Shown here one piece after another: positions 43,191 through 52,467 of a DNA stretch of 64,000 nt. This stretch comes from Vicinamibacterales bacterium (lineage in GTDB: Bacteria; Acidobacteriota; Vicinamibacteria; Vicinamibacterales; SCN-69-37), in the NCBI GenBank assembly GCA_046598935.1, contig JBKJHW010000046.1, positions 7,071 to 71,070 of the forward strand, written 5' to 3'. Under the pieces are notes generated by a model, which was given only the letters and a program-made list of their open reading frames with translations, did not search any database and was not told where the DNA came from. How positions within the stretch are numbered: position 1 is the first letter of the stretch; every line of letters begins with the position of its first letter. Both the position numbers and the translations under genes were made by a program.

Positions 43191-44368
43191 CGCCAGCTCC
43201 TGCCCGCCGCAGCTTCAGCGAAGGCGGGGGGCCGCGCGTTTTCCTTTCATGCGGCGAGGCTTCAGGGGACCTCTACGCGGCGGCGCTCGTTCGCGAATTA
43301 AGAGCGCGCGCGCCCGGTGTTCAGGTCACAGGCTTCGGCGGTCCGCGCCTGGCAGCGGAAGGCGCGACGCTGGCCGGCACGTACGAGGGTCTGACCGTCA
43401 CCGGCCTCACCGAGGCGCTTTTCGTTCTCCGCCGCTCGTTTCAGATGCTGAACAGGCTCGAGGCCGCCGCGCGAAGAGACATGCCAGACGTGTTCGTGGC
43501 GATCGATTTTCCCGATTTCAACTTCCGCCTGCTGCCGCGCATGCGCGCGCTCGGCGTGCCCATCGTTTACTACATCAGCCCGCAGCTCTGGGCCTGGCGG
43601 CCCAAGCGGATTCGGACGATCAAGCGCTACGTCGACAAGATGCTTGTCATCTTCCCGTTCGAAGAAGACATTTACGCGCGCGCATCGGTGCCTGTGCAGT
43701 TTGTCGGCCATCCGTTGATCGAGTTGGCGCACGCCAACGAATCCCGCGATGCCGTGTTGCGGGCTCATGGCCTCGATCCCGCCAAGCCGGTCGTCGCGCT
43801 CTTGCCGGGAAGCCGGCCGAACGAGATTCGTCACGTGCTGCCGACCATCCACGCGTCACTGCCGAAAATCGCCGCCGCCGTTCCGGGAGTGCAGTTTCTC
43901 GTCGCGCGCGCTCCGGGGCTCGCGGACTCCCTCTTCCCGGCGGCGGACTTGGGAACCAGTCCGCCCTACACACTCAAGACCGTCACCGGCGCCGCCGACG
44001 AAGTGCTGAATGCCGCCGACATCGTGATCACGGCATCAGGCACCGCCACCGTGCAGGCTGCCCTTCACGGGAAACCGATGGTGATCGTCTACCGCCTGTC
44101 GCCATTGACCTACGCCATCGGCAAGCGCCTCGTCGGCGTGACGACGTTCGGGATGGTCAACCTGGTGGCGGGACGCAAGATTGTCGCCGAGCTTATTCAG
44201 GATGAATTCACGCCGGATGCTGTCGCGAGTGAAACGATCGCCCTGCTGACTTCGCCTGAGCGCGCCGATGCGATGCGAAAAGATCTGGCCGAAGTCAAAG
44301 CCCGCCTCGGTGGCACCGGCGCGACAGGCCGCGCCGCCGACGCGATTCTGGCCGCCGCGCGTAGGTAG
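43187..44368 (+). CDS. lpxB: lipid-A-disaccharide synthase
   Basis: Contains SCGEASGDLYAA, IDFPDFNFRL, YYISPQLWAWR and FPFEEDIY. Confidence 0.85.
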   Translation: MTPAPARRSFSEGGGPRVFLSCGEASGDLYAAALVRELRARAPGVQVTGFGGPRLAAEGATLAGTYEGLTVTGLTEALFVLRRSFQMLNRLEAAARRDMPDVFVAIDFPDFNFRLLPRMRALGVPIVYYISPQLWAWRPKRIRTIKRYVDKMLVIFPFEEDIYARASVPVQFVGHPLIELAHANESRDAVLRAHGLDPAKPVVALLPGSRPNEIRHVLPTIHASLPKIAAAVPGVQFLVARAPGLADSLFPAADLGTSPPYTLKTVTGAADEVLNAADIVITASGTATVQAALHGKPMVIVYRLSPLTYAIGKRLVGVTTFGMVNLVAGRKIVAELIQDEFTPDAVASETIALLTSPERADAMRKDLAEVKARLGGTGATGRAADAILAAARR

Positions 44369-44377
44369 ACTGTAGGC

Positions 44378-45013
44378 GTGACCAGCGTGACAAACCCCCC
44401 GAGCAACACCAACATGACGCGTCTGGTTGCCGCCTGCGCGTTCGCGGCGCTCCTCGTGATTCCCCTCCGCGCGACCATCACGATTCCCACTGACCTGCCG
44501 GATGTGGTCTCGAGCGCGACCCTCATCGTGCGCGGGCGCGTCGTCGATACGCGGTCGTTTGCGGAGATCGCCAACGGCCCGGTCATGACAGCCGTCACGA
44601 TCACGGCAGACGAGGTGCTCAAAGGCAGCGCCGGCACGTCGCTGACATTTCGCGTTCACGGCGGCGAGATCGGACGTTATCGCTACACGGTGATCGGGTC
44701 GCCGGCGTTCGCAGTCGGCGAGCAGGCGTATTTCTTCCTGAAGCGATCGGCCGCCGGCGCGCTTTGGCCTGTGGGGATGAGCGCAGGCGTGTATCGCGTC
44801 AAGATGCAAGCGCCTTCCGGCGCGATGCAAGCGCCTTCCGGCGCGGGCACAGTGAACGCGCCCGTTGTTTCGGGCGTGACTGCGACGACGGGCGCCAACG
44901 TGCAACGCGGCGATGTCCGCAGAAAGCCGATGGCGCCCGGCGAGTTTTCCAGCCTCGTGCGGATGCTGATGAACTCCCGGACGACGGCGTCGATCGCGCG
45001 GGGGCGGAGGTGA
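44378..45013 (+). CDS. hypothetical secreted protein
   Basis: A signal-like N-terminus, no recognisable motif, and a perfect 7-aa tandem duplication MQAPSGA x2. Confidence 0.5.
   Translation: MTSVTNPPSNTNMTRLVAACAFAALLVIPLRATITIPTDLPDVVSSATLIVRGRVVDTRSFAEIANGPVMTAVTITADEVLKGSAGTSLTFRVHGGEIGRYRYTVIGSPAFAVGEQAYFFLKRSAAGALWPVGMSAGVYRVKMQAPSGAMQAPSGAGTVNAPVVSGVTATTGANVQRGDVRRKPMAPGEFSSLVRMLMNSRTTASIARGRR
44803..44844. repeat. perfect 21-bp tandem duplication (x2)
   Basis: GATGCAAGCGCCTTCCGGCGC occurs at 44803..44823 and again at 44824..44844. It is in-frame. Confidence 0.9.
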
Positions 45014-46011
45014 TCGCGCCGGCGCGCGTCGCCCTCGTGTGTGTGGCGGTTCTCGCGGCGGGGCCGGCGCTGTCGGCGTACCTCCCGCTCGGCACCAGCG
45101 TCAACGGCGTCAGCGTGACGACGCGCTGGACGTCGATGCCGATCCGATATTTCGTGACGAACCGCGCAGCGGCCGGTGTGTCGTCCGCGCAGCTGCAGGC
45201 CGCAACGGCGGCGTCATTCTCGAGCTGGTCGAACGCGTCGACGGGATCTCTCTCGGCGTCGTTCGCGGGTTTCACGAGCGCAGAGCCGGTTCGTGACGAC
45301 GGCGCGACCGTGATCGGGTTCCAGCAGCACGACGAACTTGAGCGCACGCTCGGCGTCACGTCTTTTACGATCGACCGCACGACCGGCGCTCTCGTCGAGG
45401 CCGACATCTTCCTGAACAGCGCATTCGCGTGGTCGGTGGCGGCCGCAGGCGAATCGAACAAGTTCGACGCGCAGTCGATCCTGACGCATGAGGTCGGCCA
45501 TCTGATTGGGCTCGGCCATTCGCTGCTCGGCGAAACCGTGCTGCGCCCGGAGGGCGGGCGCCGCGTGGTCGCCAAGCGGTCGGTGATGTTTCCGATCGCA
45601 TATGTTGTCGGCACGATCCTCGATCGCACGCTGCAGGACGACGACACGGCCGGCGTATCGGCGACGTACCCGACCGGCAAGTTTCTCAACTCCACAGGCA
45701 GCATCGCGGGCAAAGTGACCCTCGGCGGCGCCGGCGTGTTCGGCGCACACGTGGTCGCCGTGAACACCAAGACGGGCCAGACCGTGGGGTCATTCACACT
45801 GAACTCGCAGGGGCAGTTCTCGATGGACGGGCTCGAGCCCGGCGTGTACGTCGTGCGCGTGGAGCCGCTGGACGATGCGGATGTCGGTAGCTTCTTCAGC
45901 GACGAGGGCAGGGTCGACACCAATTTCAAGGCGGCGTTTCATCCCAAGCTGGTGGCGGCGCCCGTGGGCGGATCCGGCGCCTTGATTGAGATCAAGGTCG
46001 TGCGGAAATGA
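45010..46011 (+). CDS. matrixin-like (M10) zinc metalloprotease with a C-terminal carboxypeptidase-regulatory-like beta-sandwich
   Basis: Zinc motif HEVGHLIGLGHS. The GTG start overlaps the upstream stop (GTGA). The C-terminal region reads GSIAGKVTLGG...GVYVVRVEPLDD. Confidence 0.7.
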   Translation: MIAPARVALVCVAVLAAGPALSAYLPLGTSVNGVSVTTRWTSMPIRYFVTNRAAAGVSSAQLQAATAASFSSWSNASTGSLSASFAGFTSAEPVRDDGATVIGFQQHDELERTLGVTSFTIDRTTGALVEADIFLNSAFAWSVAAAGESNKFDAQSILTHEVGHLIGLGHSLLGETVLRPEGGRRVVAKRSVMFPIAYVVGTILDRTLQDDDTAGVSATYPTGKFLNSTGSIAGKVTLGGAGVFGAHVVAVNTKTGQTVGSFTLNSQGQFSMDGLEPGVYVVRVEPLDDADVGSFFSDEGRVDTNFKAAFHPKLVAAPVGGSGALIEIKVVRK

Positions 46012-46649
46012 AGCGCGCGACGCTGGCCGCGCTCGCCATGCTCGCGTTTGCGAGCGCCGCACCGGCGCAGGTGTTATTCGATGTCGGCGCGGTTGTGATG
46101 GGCGGCGCGAATGCCGGGACCTCGACGGCTACGTATATCGCGCCGGACGGTTCTCTCGTGCCGCAGTTCACGCTCGATAAATCGATCGGCGCGGCTGCCG
46201 GCGTGAACGGGCATCTGTCGTTCAGGTTTACATCGCGCGCGGCGCTCGAACTCTCGGCTCGGTGGGCGAGAGCGGAGTTTCGAACGAAGCTCGGCGGTGA
46301 TACCGACAGCGCCGAGAGCACCACGGCGACGCAGTCGGTCGACCGGTTCGTTGTTGGCGGCGGCGCCCTGGTGGACCTGAAGCAGTTTGGCCGGTGGCAC
46401 ACGTTCGCGCGCGCGAGCGTTGGCTGGCTGCGCGAGCTCTCCGACGACCGGTCGCTCTACGAGGATGGCTGGGTTGCCGAGATTGGCGGCGGCGCGAATT
46501 TCCGTTGGAAAGAAAAGCGCGGGCACTTCCGCCCGTATGGCATCCGCACGGACGTCTGGCTCGAGACACGGCAGGGCGGTCTGTCGTTTACCGGGAAGTC
46601 ACGCTTGTGGTCGCCCGCTCTCGCGGTCGCCATGATCTTCAAACTATAG
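46008..46649 (+). CDS. putative outer-membrane beta-barrel/secreted protein
   Basis: Signal MKRATLAALAMLAFASAAPAQ and an alternating amphipathic pattern. The ATGA overlaps the upstream gene. Confidence 0.5.
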   Translation: MKRATLAALAMLAFASAAPAQVLFDVGAVVMGGANAGTSTATYIAPDGSLVPQFTLDKSIGAAAGVNGHLSFRFTSRAALELSARWARAEFRTKLGGDTDSAESTTATQSVDRFVVGGGALVDLKQFGRWHTFARASVGWLRELSDDRSLYEDGWVAEIGGGANFRWKEKRGHFRPYGIRTDVWLETRQGGLSFTGKSRLWSPALAVAMIFKL

Positions 46650-46652
46650 AAT
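46647..46652 (+). promoter_or_regulatory. candidate -10 box TAGAAT, 6 nt upstream of the acnA ATG
   Basis: The sequence reads cTATAGAATaaggatATG, the same geometry as the hup promoter. There is no good -35, and read-through from upstream is not excluded. Confidence 0.35.
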
Positions 46653-46658
46653 AAGGAT

Positions 46659-49325
46659 ATGGATAGTTTTCGCACCCGCCGTCAGCTGACCGTCGGTTCA
46701 AACAGCCACGACTACTTCAGCCTCCCGGAGCTCGCCAGAACGTTCCCCTCGGTTTCCGCGCTGCCGTACTCGATGAAGATCCTCCTCGAGAATCTGCTGC
46801 GCCGCGAGGACGGCGGGTTCGTGAAGAAGGCGGACATCGAGGCCGTTGCGACGTCCAAGCTGGGGGATCACGAAATTTCGTTCATGCCGGCGCGAGTCAT
46901 CCTGCAGGACTTTACCGGCGTGCCCTGCATCGCGGACCTCGCGGCGATGCGTGACGGGATCAAGGATCTCGGCGGCGATCCCGAAAAAGTGAATCCGCTG
47001 CAGCCGGTCGAGCTCGTCATCGACCACTCCGTGCAGGTCGATCATTTTGCAACGGCCAACGCGCTGCAGCTGAACGGTGAGCTGGAGTACTACCGCAATC
47101 GTGAGCGCTACGTGTTTCTGCGCTGGGGCCAGATCGCCTTCGACAACTTCCGCGTCGTCCCGCCCGAGACCGGCATCGTCCATCAGGTCAACATCGAGTA
47201 CCTCGCACGCGTCGTCTGTAACGACAACGGTGTTGTGTATCCAGACACGGTGTTCGGTACTGACTCGCATACGACGATGGTGAACGGGCTCGGGGTGCTG
47301 GGATGGGGTGTCGGCGGAATCGAAGCCGAGGCCGCGATGCTCGGCCAGCCGAGCTCCATGCTGATTCCGCAGGTGCTCGGCTACCGTTTGAAGGGCCAGA
47401 GGCCCGAGGGCGCGACCGCGACGGATCTTGTGCTGACGATTACCGAAGCGCTGCGTAAGAAAGGTGTTGTTGGCAAGTTCGTCGAGTTTTTCGGGCCGGG
47501 TCTGAAGCACCTCACGATCGCCGACCGCGTTGTGCTCGGCAACATGTGCCCGGAATACGGCGCGACGGTGGCGATTTTCCCGATCGACGAGATGACGCTC
47601 GAGTATTTGCGGTTCACCGGCCGCGACGAGTCGCAGGTCGAGCTGGTCGAGGCGTACGCGCGCGCGCAGGAGTTGTTTCAGACTGCGGATTCTCCGGAGG
47701 CGCACTACGCCGATATCGTCGAGCTGGATCTTTCGACTGTTGAGCCGAGCCTCGCCGGACCGCGGCGGCCGCAGGATCGGGTCGCTCTCAGGAACGCCAA
47801 AGTATCGTTCGGCGCTGCGCTGCCGGACCTCGAGAAGGGCGTGAAGCCGGTGGCTTCGACAGTCGGCGGCACGGCGGTTGCGACCAAGACGCAGCTCGAG
47901 CATGGCGCAGTGGTGATCGCGGCCATCACGTCGTGCACCAATACCTCGAATCCGAGCGTCATGATCGGCGCCGGCCTTGTTGCGAAGAAAGCCGTCGAGC
48001 TCGGGCTGAGGCAGAAGCCGTGGGTGAAGACGTCGCTCGCGCCGGGGTCGAAAGTCGTGACGGAGTACTTGAACAAGAGCGGTTTGACGCCGTACTTGAA
48101 CGAGCTCGGTTTCAACCTCGTCGGCTACGGCTGCACGACGTGCATCGGCAACAGCGGTCCGCTGCCTGAAGAGATCTCCGCGGAGATCCGCGAGCGCGGC
48201 CTGGTTGTCTGTTCGGTGCTGTCGGGTAATCGCAATTTTGAAGGCCGCATTCAGCAGGATGTGCGCGCGAACTACCTCGCGTCGCCGCCGCTCGTTGTCG
48301 CCTACGCGATCGCGGGCTCGCTCAACGTCGACATCACGACCGAGCCGCTCGGGATGAGCAAGGCCGGCACGCCGGTGTATCTGAAGGATATCTGGCCGAC
48401 CGAGGCCGAGATCCAGTCGACGCTGTTGTCGTCGCTCTCGGCGGATATGTATCGCGAGCAATACTCGAGCGTGTTCGCGGGTGACACCCGCTGGCAACAG
48501 CTCCCGGTACCGACCGGTGAGACCTTCGCGTGGGAGCCGGATTCCACCTACATTCGCCGGCCGCCGTTCGTCGAAAATCTCTCGGTCGAGCCGGCGGCGC
48601 CGCGAGAGATCATCGGCGCCCGCGTGCTCGCCCTTCTGGGCGACAGCATCACCACTGATCACATTTCGCCGGCCGGTTCGATCAGGGCCGACAGCCCGGC
48701 CGGGAAGTACCTCCAGGCGCACGGCGTTGGGCCGAAGGATTTCAACTCCTACGGCGCGCGCCGCGGCAATCACGAAGTGATGGTGCGGGGCACATTCGCC
48801 AACGTGCGGCTCAAGAACCAGCTCGCGCCGGGAACCGAGGGCGGATGGACGACCTACATGGCCGGCACCACCGACGCGTCGGTGATGTCGATCTACGACG
48901 CGTCGGTGAAGTATCTTGCCGGCGGTGTGCCGCTCGTCGTGATCGCGGGCACGGAATACGGATCAGGCTCATCGCGCGACTGGGCGGCGAAGGGCGTCCT
49001 CTTATTGGGAGTGAAAGTCGTTGTTGCGGAGAGTTACGAACGTATCCATCGCAGCAATCTCGTCAACATGGGCGTGCTGCCGCTGCAGTTCATGCCGGGC
49101 GATTCGGCTGCGCTCCTCGGGCTCAACGGGCACGAGGTTTTCGATTTTGAGGGCTCCGGCGAAGGCCTGCACCCGCGCGGCACACTGACGGTCATCGCCA
49201 TGTCGCCCGACGGCACCCGCCGGGCGTTCAAAGTGATCGTGCGCGTCGATACGCCGGAGGAGCTGACGTCGTTTCGTCACGGCGGAATTCTGCCGTATGT
49301 TCTGCGGCGTCTCGCGAAGTCGTAA
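46659..49325 (+). CDS. acnA: aconitate hydratase A
   Basis: 888 aa. Contains [53 protein letters not shown] and [13 protein letters not shown]. Confidence 0.9.
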   Translation: MDSFRTRRQLTVGSNSHDYFSLPELARTFPSVSALPYSMKILLENLLRREDGGFVKKADIEAVATSKLGDHEISFMPARVILQDFTGVPCIADLAAMRDGIKDLGGDPEKVNPLQPVELVIDHSVQVDHFATANALQLNGELEYYRNRERYVFLRWGQIAFDNFRVVPPETGIVHQVNIEYLARVVCNDNGVVYPDTVFGTDSHTTMVNGLGVLGWGVGGIEAEAAMLGQPSSMLIPQVLGYRLKGQRPEGATATDLVLTITEALRKKGVVGKFVEFFGPGLKHLTIADRVVLGNMCPEYGATVAIFPIDEMTLEYLRFTGRDESQVELVEAYARAQELFQTADSPEAHYADIVELDLSTVEPSLAGPRRPQDRVALRNAKVSFGAALPDLEKGVKPVASTVGGTAVATKTQLEHGAVVIAAITSCTNTSNPSVMIGAGLVAKKAVELGLRQKPWVKTSLAPGSKVVTEYLNKSGLTPYLNELGFNLVGYGCTTCIGNSGPLPEEISAEIRERGLVVCSVLSGNRNFEGRIQQDVRANYLASPPLVVAYAIAGSLNVDITTEPLGMSKAGTPVYLKDIWPTEAEIQSTLLSSLSADMYREQYSSVFAGDTRWQQLPVPTGETFAWEPDSTYIRRPPFVENLSVEPAAPREIIGARVLALLGDSITTDHISPAGSIRADSPAGKYLQAHGVGPKDFNSYGARRGNHEVMVRGTFANVRLKNQLAPGTEGGWTTYMAGTTDASVMSIYDASVKYLAGGVPLVVIAGTEYGSGSSRDWAAKGVLLLGVKVVVAESYERIHRSNLVNMGVLPLQFMPGDSAALLGLNGHEVFDFEGSGEGLHPRGTLTVIAMSPDGTRRAFKVIVRVDTPEELTSFRHGGILPYVLRRLAKS

Positions 49326-49341
49326 GCCCGCCTTACTTTTT
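49322..49341 (+). terminator. weak hairpin plus T-run between convergent genes
   Basis: GTAAG-cccgc-CTTAC followed by TTTTT. The stem is only 5 bp and it overlaps both stop codons. Confidence 0.3.
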
Positions 49342-50112
49342 CTTGAACATCGCGTCGTCCATCGCGACGTTGTGCTCGACCTTCGTGAGCTTCATGGTGA
49401 TGGTCTGCAGTTCGCTGGAATTGATGATGGTGAACGGGACCTTGATGCCGTCAACGGTGCGGTAGTCCTGGGACTCGCCGGACTGCTGCATCATGCCGCC
49501 GCCCATCGGGTTCTCGACCATCGTCACGGCGCGCGCAAGCAGGTAGGTGGCGGGGTCGAAGTACATCGTCACGAAATTGCCCGACGCGTGCGTCACCTTC
49601 ATGAGAATCCAGGACGTGCCGGCGACGGTCTCGCGCGGCAGCAGCTCGAGTTTGGCCGCGCCGCCGTTCTTGTCGAGGAATGGCGACGGGAAGAAGCTGT
49701 ATTTCATGTTCTCGAGCTGCGCGCCGGTGATTTCCTTGTCGCCCTGCATCGGGTCGATCGACCAGCCGACGACGCCGTCGAAGATCTGTTCGATGGTGAG
49801 CGTGCCCGGGCCGCCGACCGCCGCGAGATCGATTGAGAGGACGGCGCGGCTCTTGTTCGGGGCCTTGGAATACAACTCCACCGGACCGGCGAGTTCGATG
49901 CCCTGCATGCCGATGGCGATCGTGCCGGTGGACTTGCGCGAGGTGAGCTTCATCAGCGCTTCGCGTCCGCCCATGGCAGCGATGTGCTTGTCGATGACGG
50001 ACTGAACCGTGTCGGCCGCCTGTGCCGCCTGGACGGGCTGGGTGGAGAAGCTGGTGGTGGCAGCGGCGACGAGGAACAAGGCAGCGGCGAGCAAGAGGGT
50101 GGACTTCTTCAT
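49333..50112 (-). CDS. LolA-like / outer-membrane-lipoprotein-sorting-fold secreted protein
   Basis: Signal MKKSTLLLAAALFLVAAATTSFS. The pattern VIDKHIAAMGGREALMKL...YRTVDGIKVPF is similar to the C-terminal domain of the M16 protein at 41007..43190. Confidence 0.6.
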   Translation of the reverse strand: MKKSTLLLAAALFLVAAATTSFSTQPVQAAQAADTVQSVIDKHIAAMGGREALMKLTSRKSTGTIAIGMQGIELAGPVELYSKAPNKSRAVLSIDLAAVGGPGTLTIEQIFDGVVGWSIDPMQGDKEITGAQLENMKYSFFPSPFLDKNGGAAKLELLPRETVAGTSWILMKVTHASGNFVTMYFDPATYLLARAVTMVENPMGGGMMQQSGESQDYRTVDGIKVPFTIINSSELQTITMKLTKVEHNVAMDDAMFKKK

Positions 50113-50171
50113 ATGTTTATTGTGAACGGATACGGCCAAACCCCAGTGGAAGTTTCTTCGTCCAAGAGCCC

Positions 50172-50327
50172 ATGACCTTCTTGAAGAAGCTGTTTGGCAA
50201 GGCCGAACCTCCGAAAACACGGGTCCGCGTCTGCGTGGAATGCGGGATGCCCGTCGCGGAACACAAAGATTGGTGTTCAATTAAGCGGGGCCAGCTCGAA
50301 ATGGAGGGCGCCAGACCCAACCGGTGA
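50172..50327 (+). CDS. small hypothetical protein with a CxxC...C motif
   Basis: 51 aa, MTFLKKLFGKAEPPKTRVRVCVECGMPVAEHKDWC.... The stop overlaps the rsmE GTG start. Support is weak. Confidence 0.35.
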   Translation: MTFLKKLFGKAEPPKTRVRVCVECGMPVAEHKDWCSIKRGQLEMEGARPNR

Positions 50328-51097
50328 ATCTGATTCTTATAGAGCCTGCAGAAGTCAGATCTGACGGGACCGCGCGCATAGCCGGTCCGCAGGCCGATCA
50401 CATCCGGAGAGTCCTCAGGAGTTCTCCCGGCCACGAGCTCCGCGTCGGCGTGATTGATGGTCCCGCCGGGACCGCCACCATCACCGCCGTGACCGACAGT
50501 TTTGTTGAGCTGGCCTGCCGGCTCGATGCTGAACCGCCGCCCCGCCCGGAAGTCGATCTCCTCCTCGCATTGCCTCGACCCAAAGTGATGCGCCGCCTCT
50601 GGGCGCAACTGGCCGCGCTGGGCGTCGGCCGGATCATCCTCACAAACGCAGAACGCGTCGAGCGCGATTACTTCGATACCCACATCCTCGAGCCCGAAAC
50701 CTATCGCTCGCTCCTGATCGAGGGCCTGCAACAGGCGCGCGACACGCGTCTCCCAGTTGTCACCATCCACAAACGGTTCAAAGTGCTGATTGAAGACGAG
50801 TTGGACGCGATGTGCCCTCAGCGCAGGCGCCTCGTCGCCCACCCCGGGAGCCAGCCAGAAATAGGGGTCGGGTGTTATTTCGAAATAACACCCGACCCCT
50901 ATTTCCCCTATTTCCCCGACCCCTATTTCCGCGATTCGCGTACGCTTCTCGCGGTTGGGCCCGAGGGCGGATGGAACGCGTTCGAGTTAGGGATGCTCGA
51001 GGCGCGCGGATTTCGGCCGATCAGCCTCGGTCCCCGATCACTACGGACCGACACGGCGTGTATTGCATTGCTCACGCTCGTTCACACGCGCCCGTAG
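50324..51097 (+). CDS. rsmE: 16S rRNA (uracil1498-N3)-methyltransferase
   Basis: Contains a PUA-like N-terminus (ADHIRRVLRSSPGHELRVGVIDG), LLLALPRPKVMRR and LLAVGPEGGW...LGPRSLRTDTA. It carries a repeat-derived insertion. Confidence 0.8.
   Translation: MNLILIEPAEVRSDGTARIAGPQADHIRRVLRSSPGHELRVGVIDGPAGTATITAVTDSFVELACRLDAEPPPRPEVDLLLALPRPKVMRRLWAQLAALGVGRIILTNAERVERDYFDTHILEPETYRSLLIEGLQQARDTRLPVVTIHKRFKVLIEDELDAMCPQRRRLVAHPGSQPEIGVGCYFEITPDPYFPYFPDPYFRDSRTLLAVGPEGGWNAFELGMLEARGFRPISLGPRSLRTDTACIALLTLVHTRP
50858..50929. repeat. family-C palindromic element inside rsmE (48-nt perfect palindrome plus reiterated arm end)
   Basis: GAAATAGGGGTCGGGTGTTATTTC|GAAATAACACCCGACCCCTATTTC spans 50858..50905. 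It is followed by CCCTATTTC and CCCGACCCCTATTTC. Confidence 0.9.
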
Positions 51098-51105
51098 AAT
51101 GGGGC

Positions 51106-52467
51106 GTGCCCGTTCGTGACGCCATTACTACCGAAACCAGACAGGCGCTGACCGACCGGTATCAGCGCAACCGCCAGCGATCCGCCCAACTCTTCGACCT
51201 CGTCGACGAAGCCTCCTACTATTCCAAGCCCATCGATCTGCGTCACCCCATCGTGTTTTACGAGGGCCATCTGCCGGCGTTCAGCTTCAACACGCTCGTG
51301 AAGCGCGGCCTCGGCGGCCAGGGCATCGATCCGAAGCTCGAGACGTTGTTCGCCCGCGGCATCGATCCGCATGAAGCGGACGCAAATTCTCCGGACGATG
51401 CGCGCGCCGGCTGGCCTTCGCGCGCTGAAGTGCAGGCCTTCGCCGCCGAAGCCGACAGTTACGTGATCGCCGCGCTGCAGCACGGCGACATCGAGCAGCC
51501 TGGCCACCCCATGCTCGACGGCGCCGAGGCGGCCTATGCCATCCTCGAGCACGAGGCGATGCATCAGGAAACACTGCTGTACATGTGGCACCGCCTGCCC
51601 CTCGATGCGAAGCGCGCGCCCGCAGGCTACGCGCCGCCCACCGATGGCGCGGTCCCGCATCAGTTCGACATCACTGTCCCCGCCGGCCGCGCAACGCTCG
51701 GCGTCAGCGCCGACGACGTCGAGTTCTCGTGGGACAACGAGCGGCCGCGCACCGCCGTCGATGTCGATGAGTTCGCGATCGACGCGCACAACGTGACGAA
51801 CGAAGCGTTTCTGGAATTTGTCCAGGCGGGCGGCTATCGTGAACCGCAGTTCTGGCGGCCCGAAGATTTCGCCTGGATCACCGAGCGCGGTATCGAGCAT
51901 CCACTGTTCTGGGAACGTCAGGGCGACAACTCGTCGGACGCCGGGGCAATCATGTGGCGCGGGATGTTCGAGATGCTGCCGCTGCGGATGAGCTGGCCGG
52001 TGTATGTCAGCCAGGCGGAAGCGTCGGCATTTGCGCGCTGGCGCGGGCGCCGGCTGCCGACGGAAGCCGAGTTCCAGCGGGCCGCCTACGGCTCGCCGTC
52101 GGGCGAGGAGCGGAAGTTCCCCTGGGGCGACGCCGCGCCAGACGCGTCGCGCGGCGTTTTTGATTTTGAATCGTGGGATCCGGCTCCGGCCGGGAGCCGC
52201 CCAGCCGGCGCGAGCGGGTGGGCGATCCACGACCTGGCCGGCAACGGCTGGGAGTGGACAGGCACCGTGTTCGCCCCGTTCGAGGGTTTCCAGCCGCTGC
52301 CGTCGTATCCGGAATACTCGGCCGATTTTTTCGACGGCGAGCATTTCGTCATCAAGGGCGCATCGCCCGCAACGGCGCGCGAGCTTCTGCGGCCGACGTT
52401 TCGCAACTGGTTCCGTCCGCGGTATCCGTACGTCTATGCCGGCTTCCGTACAGTCGCCAACCGCTGA
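51106..52467 (+). CDS. egtB: ergothioneine biosynthesis sulfoxide synthase EgtB-like (DinB_2 plus FGE-sulfatase domains)
   Basis: Contains HPIVFYEGHLPAF, ILEHEAMHQETLLYM, a C-terminal FGE-like region GNGWEWT and RGASPAT. An in-frame GTG at 51106 follows the rsmE stop. Confidence 0.75.
   Translation: MPVRDAITTETRQALTDRYQRNRQRSAQLFDLVDEASYYSKPIDLRHPIVFYEGHLPAFSFNTLVKRGLGGQGIDPKLETLFARGIDPHEADANSPDDARAGWPSRAEVQAFAAEADSYVIAALQHGDIEQPGHPMLDGAEAAYAILEHEAMHQETLLYMWHRLPLDAKRAPAGYAPPTDGAVPHQFDITVPAGRATLGVSADDVEFSWDNERPRTAVDVDEFAIDAHNVTNEAFLEFVQAGGYREPQFWRPEDFAWITERGIEHPLFWERQGDNSSDAGAIMWRGMFEMLPLRMSWPVYVSQAEASAFARWRGRRLPTEAEFQRAAYGSPSGEERKFPWGDAAPDASRGVFDFESWDPAPAGSRPAGASGWAIHDLAGNGWEWTGTVFAPFEGFQPLPSYPEYSADFFDGEHFVIKGASPATARELLRPTFRNWFRPRYPYVYAGFRTVANR

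Noticed and set aside
46698-48773. Very long antisense ORFs in the supplied track. Examples: 46698..48773 (-) opposite acnA, 39532..41145 (-) opposite the M16 peptidase, 59024..60523 (-) opposite the BNR protein, 37707..38960 (-), 26874..28265 (+), 8248..9138 (-), 9160..10155 (-), 35920..36804 (+), 53196..53987 (-).
   Set aside because: Their translations are Arg/Ala/Gly/Pro-rich low-complexity strings with no motifs. They lie exactly opposite genes with strong family signatures. Stop-poor antisense frames are expected in DNA this GC-rich.
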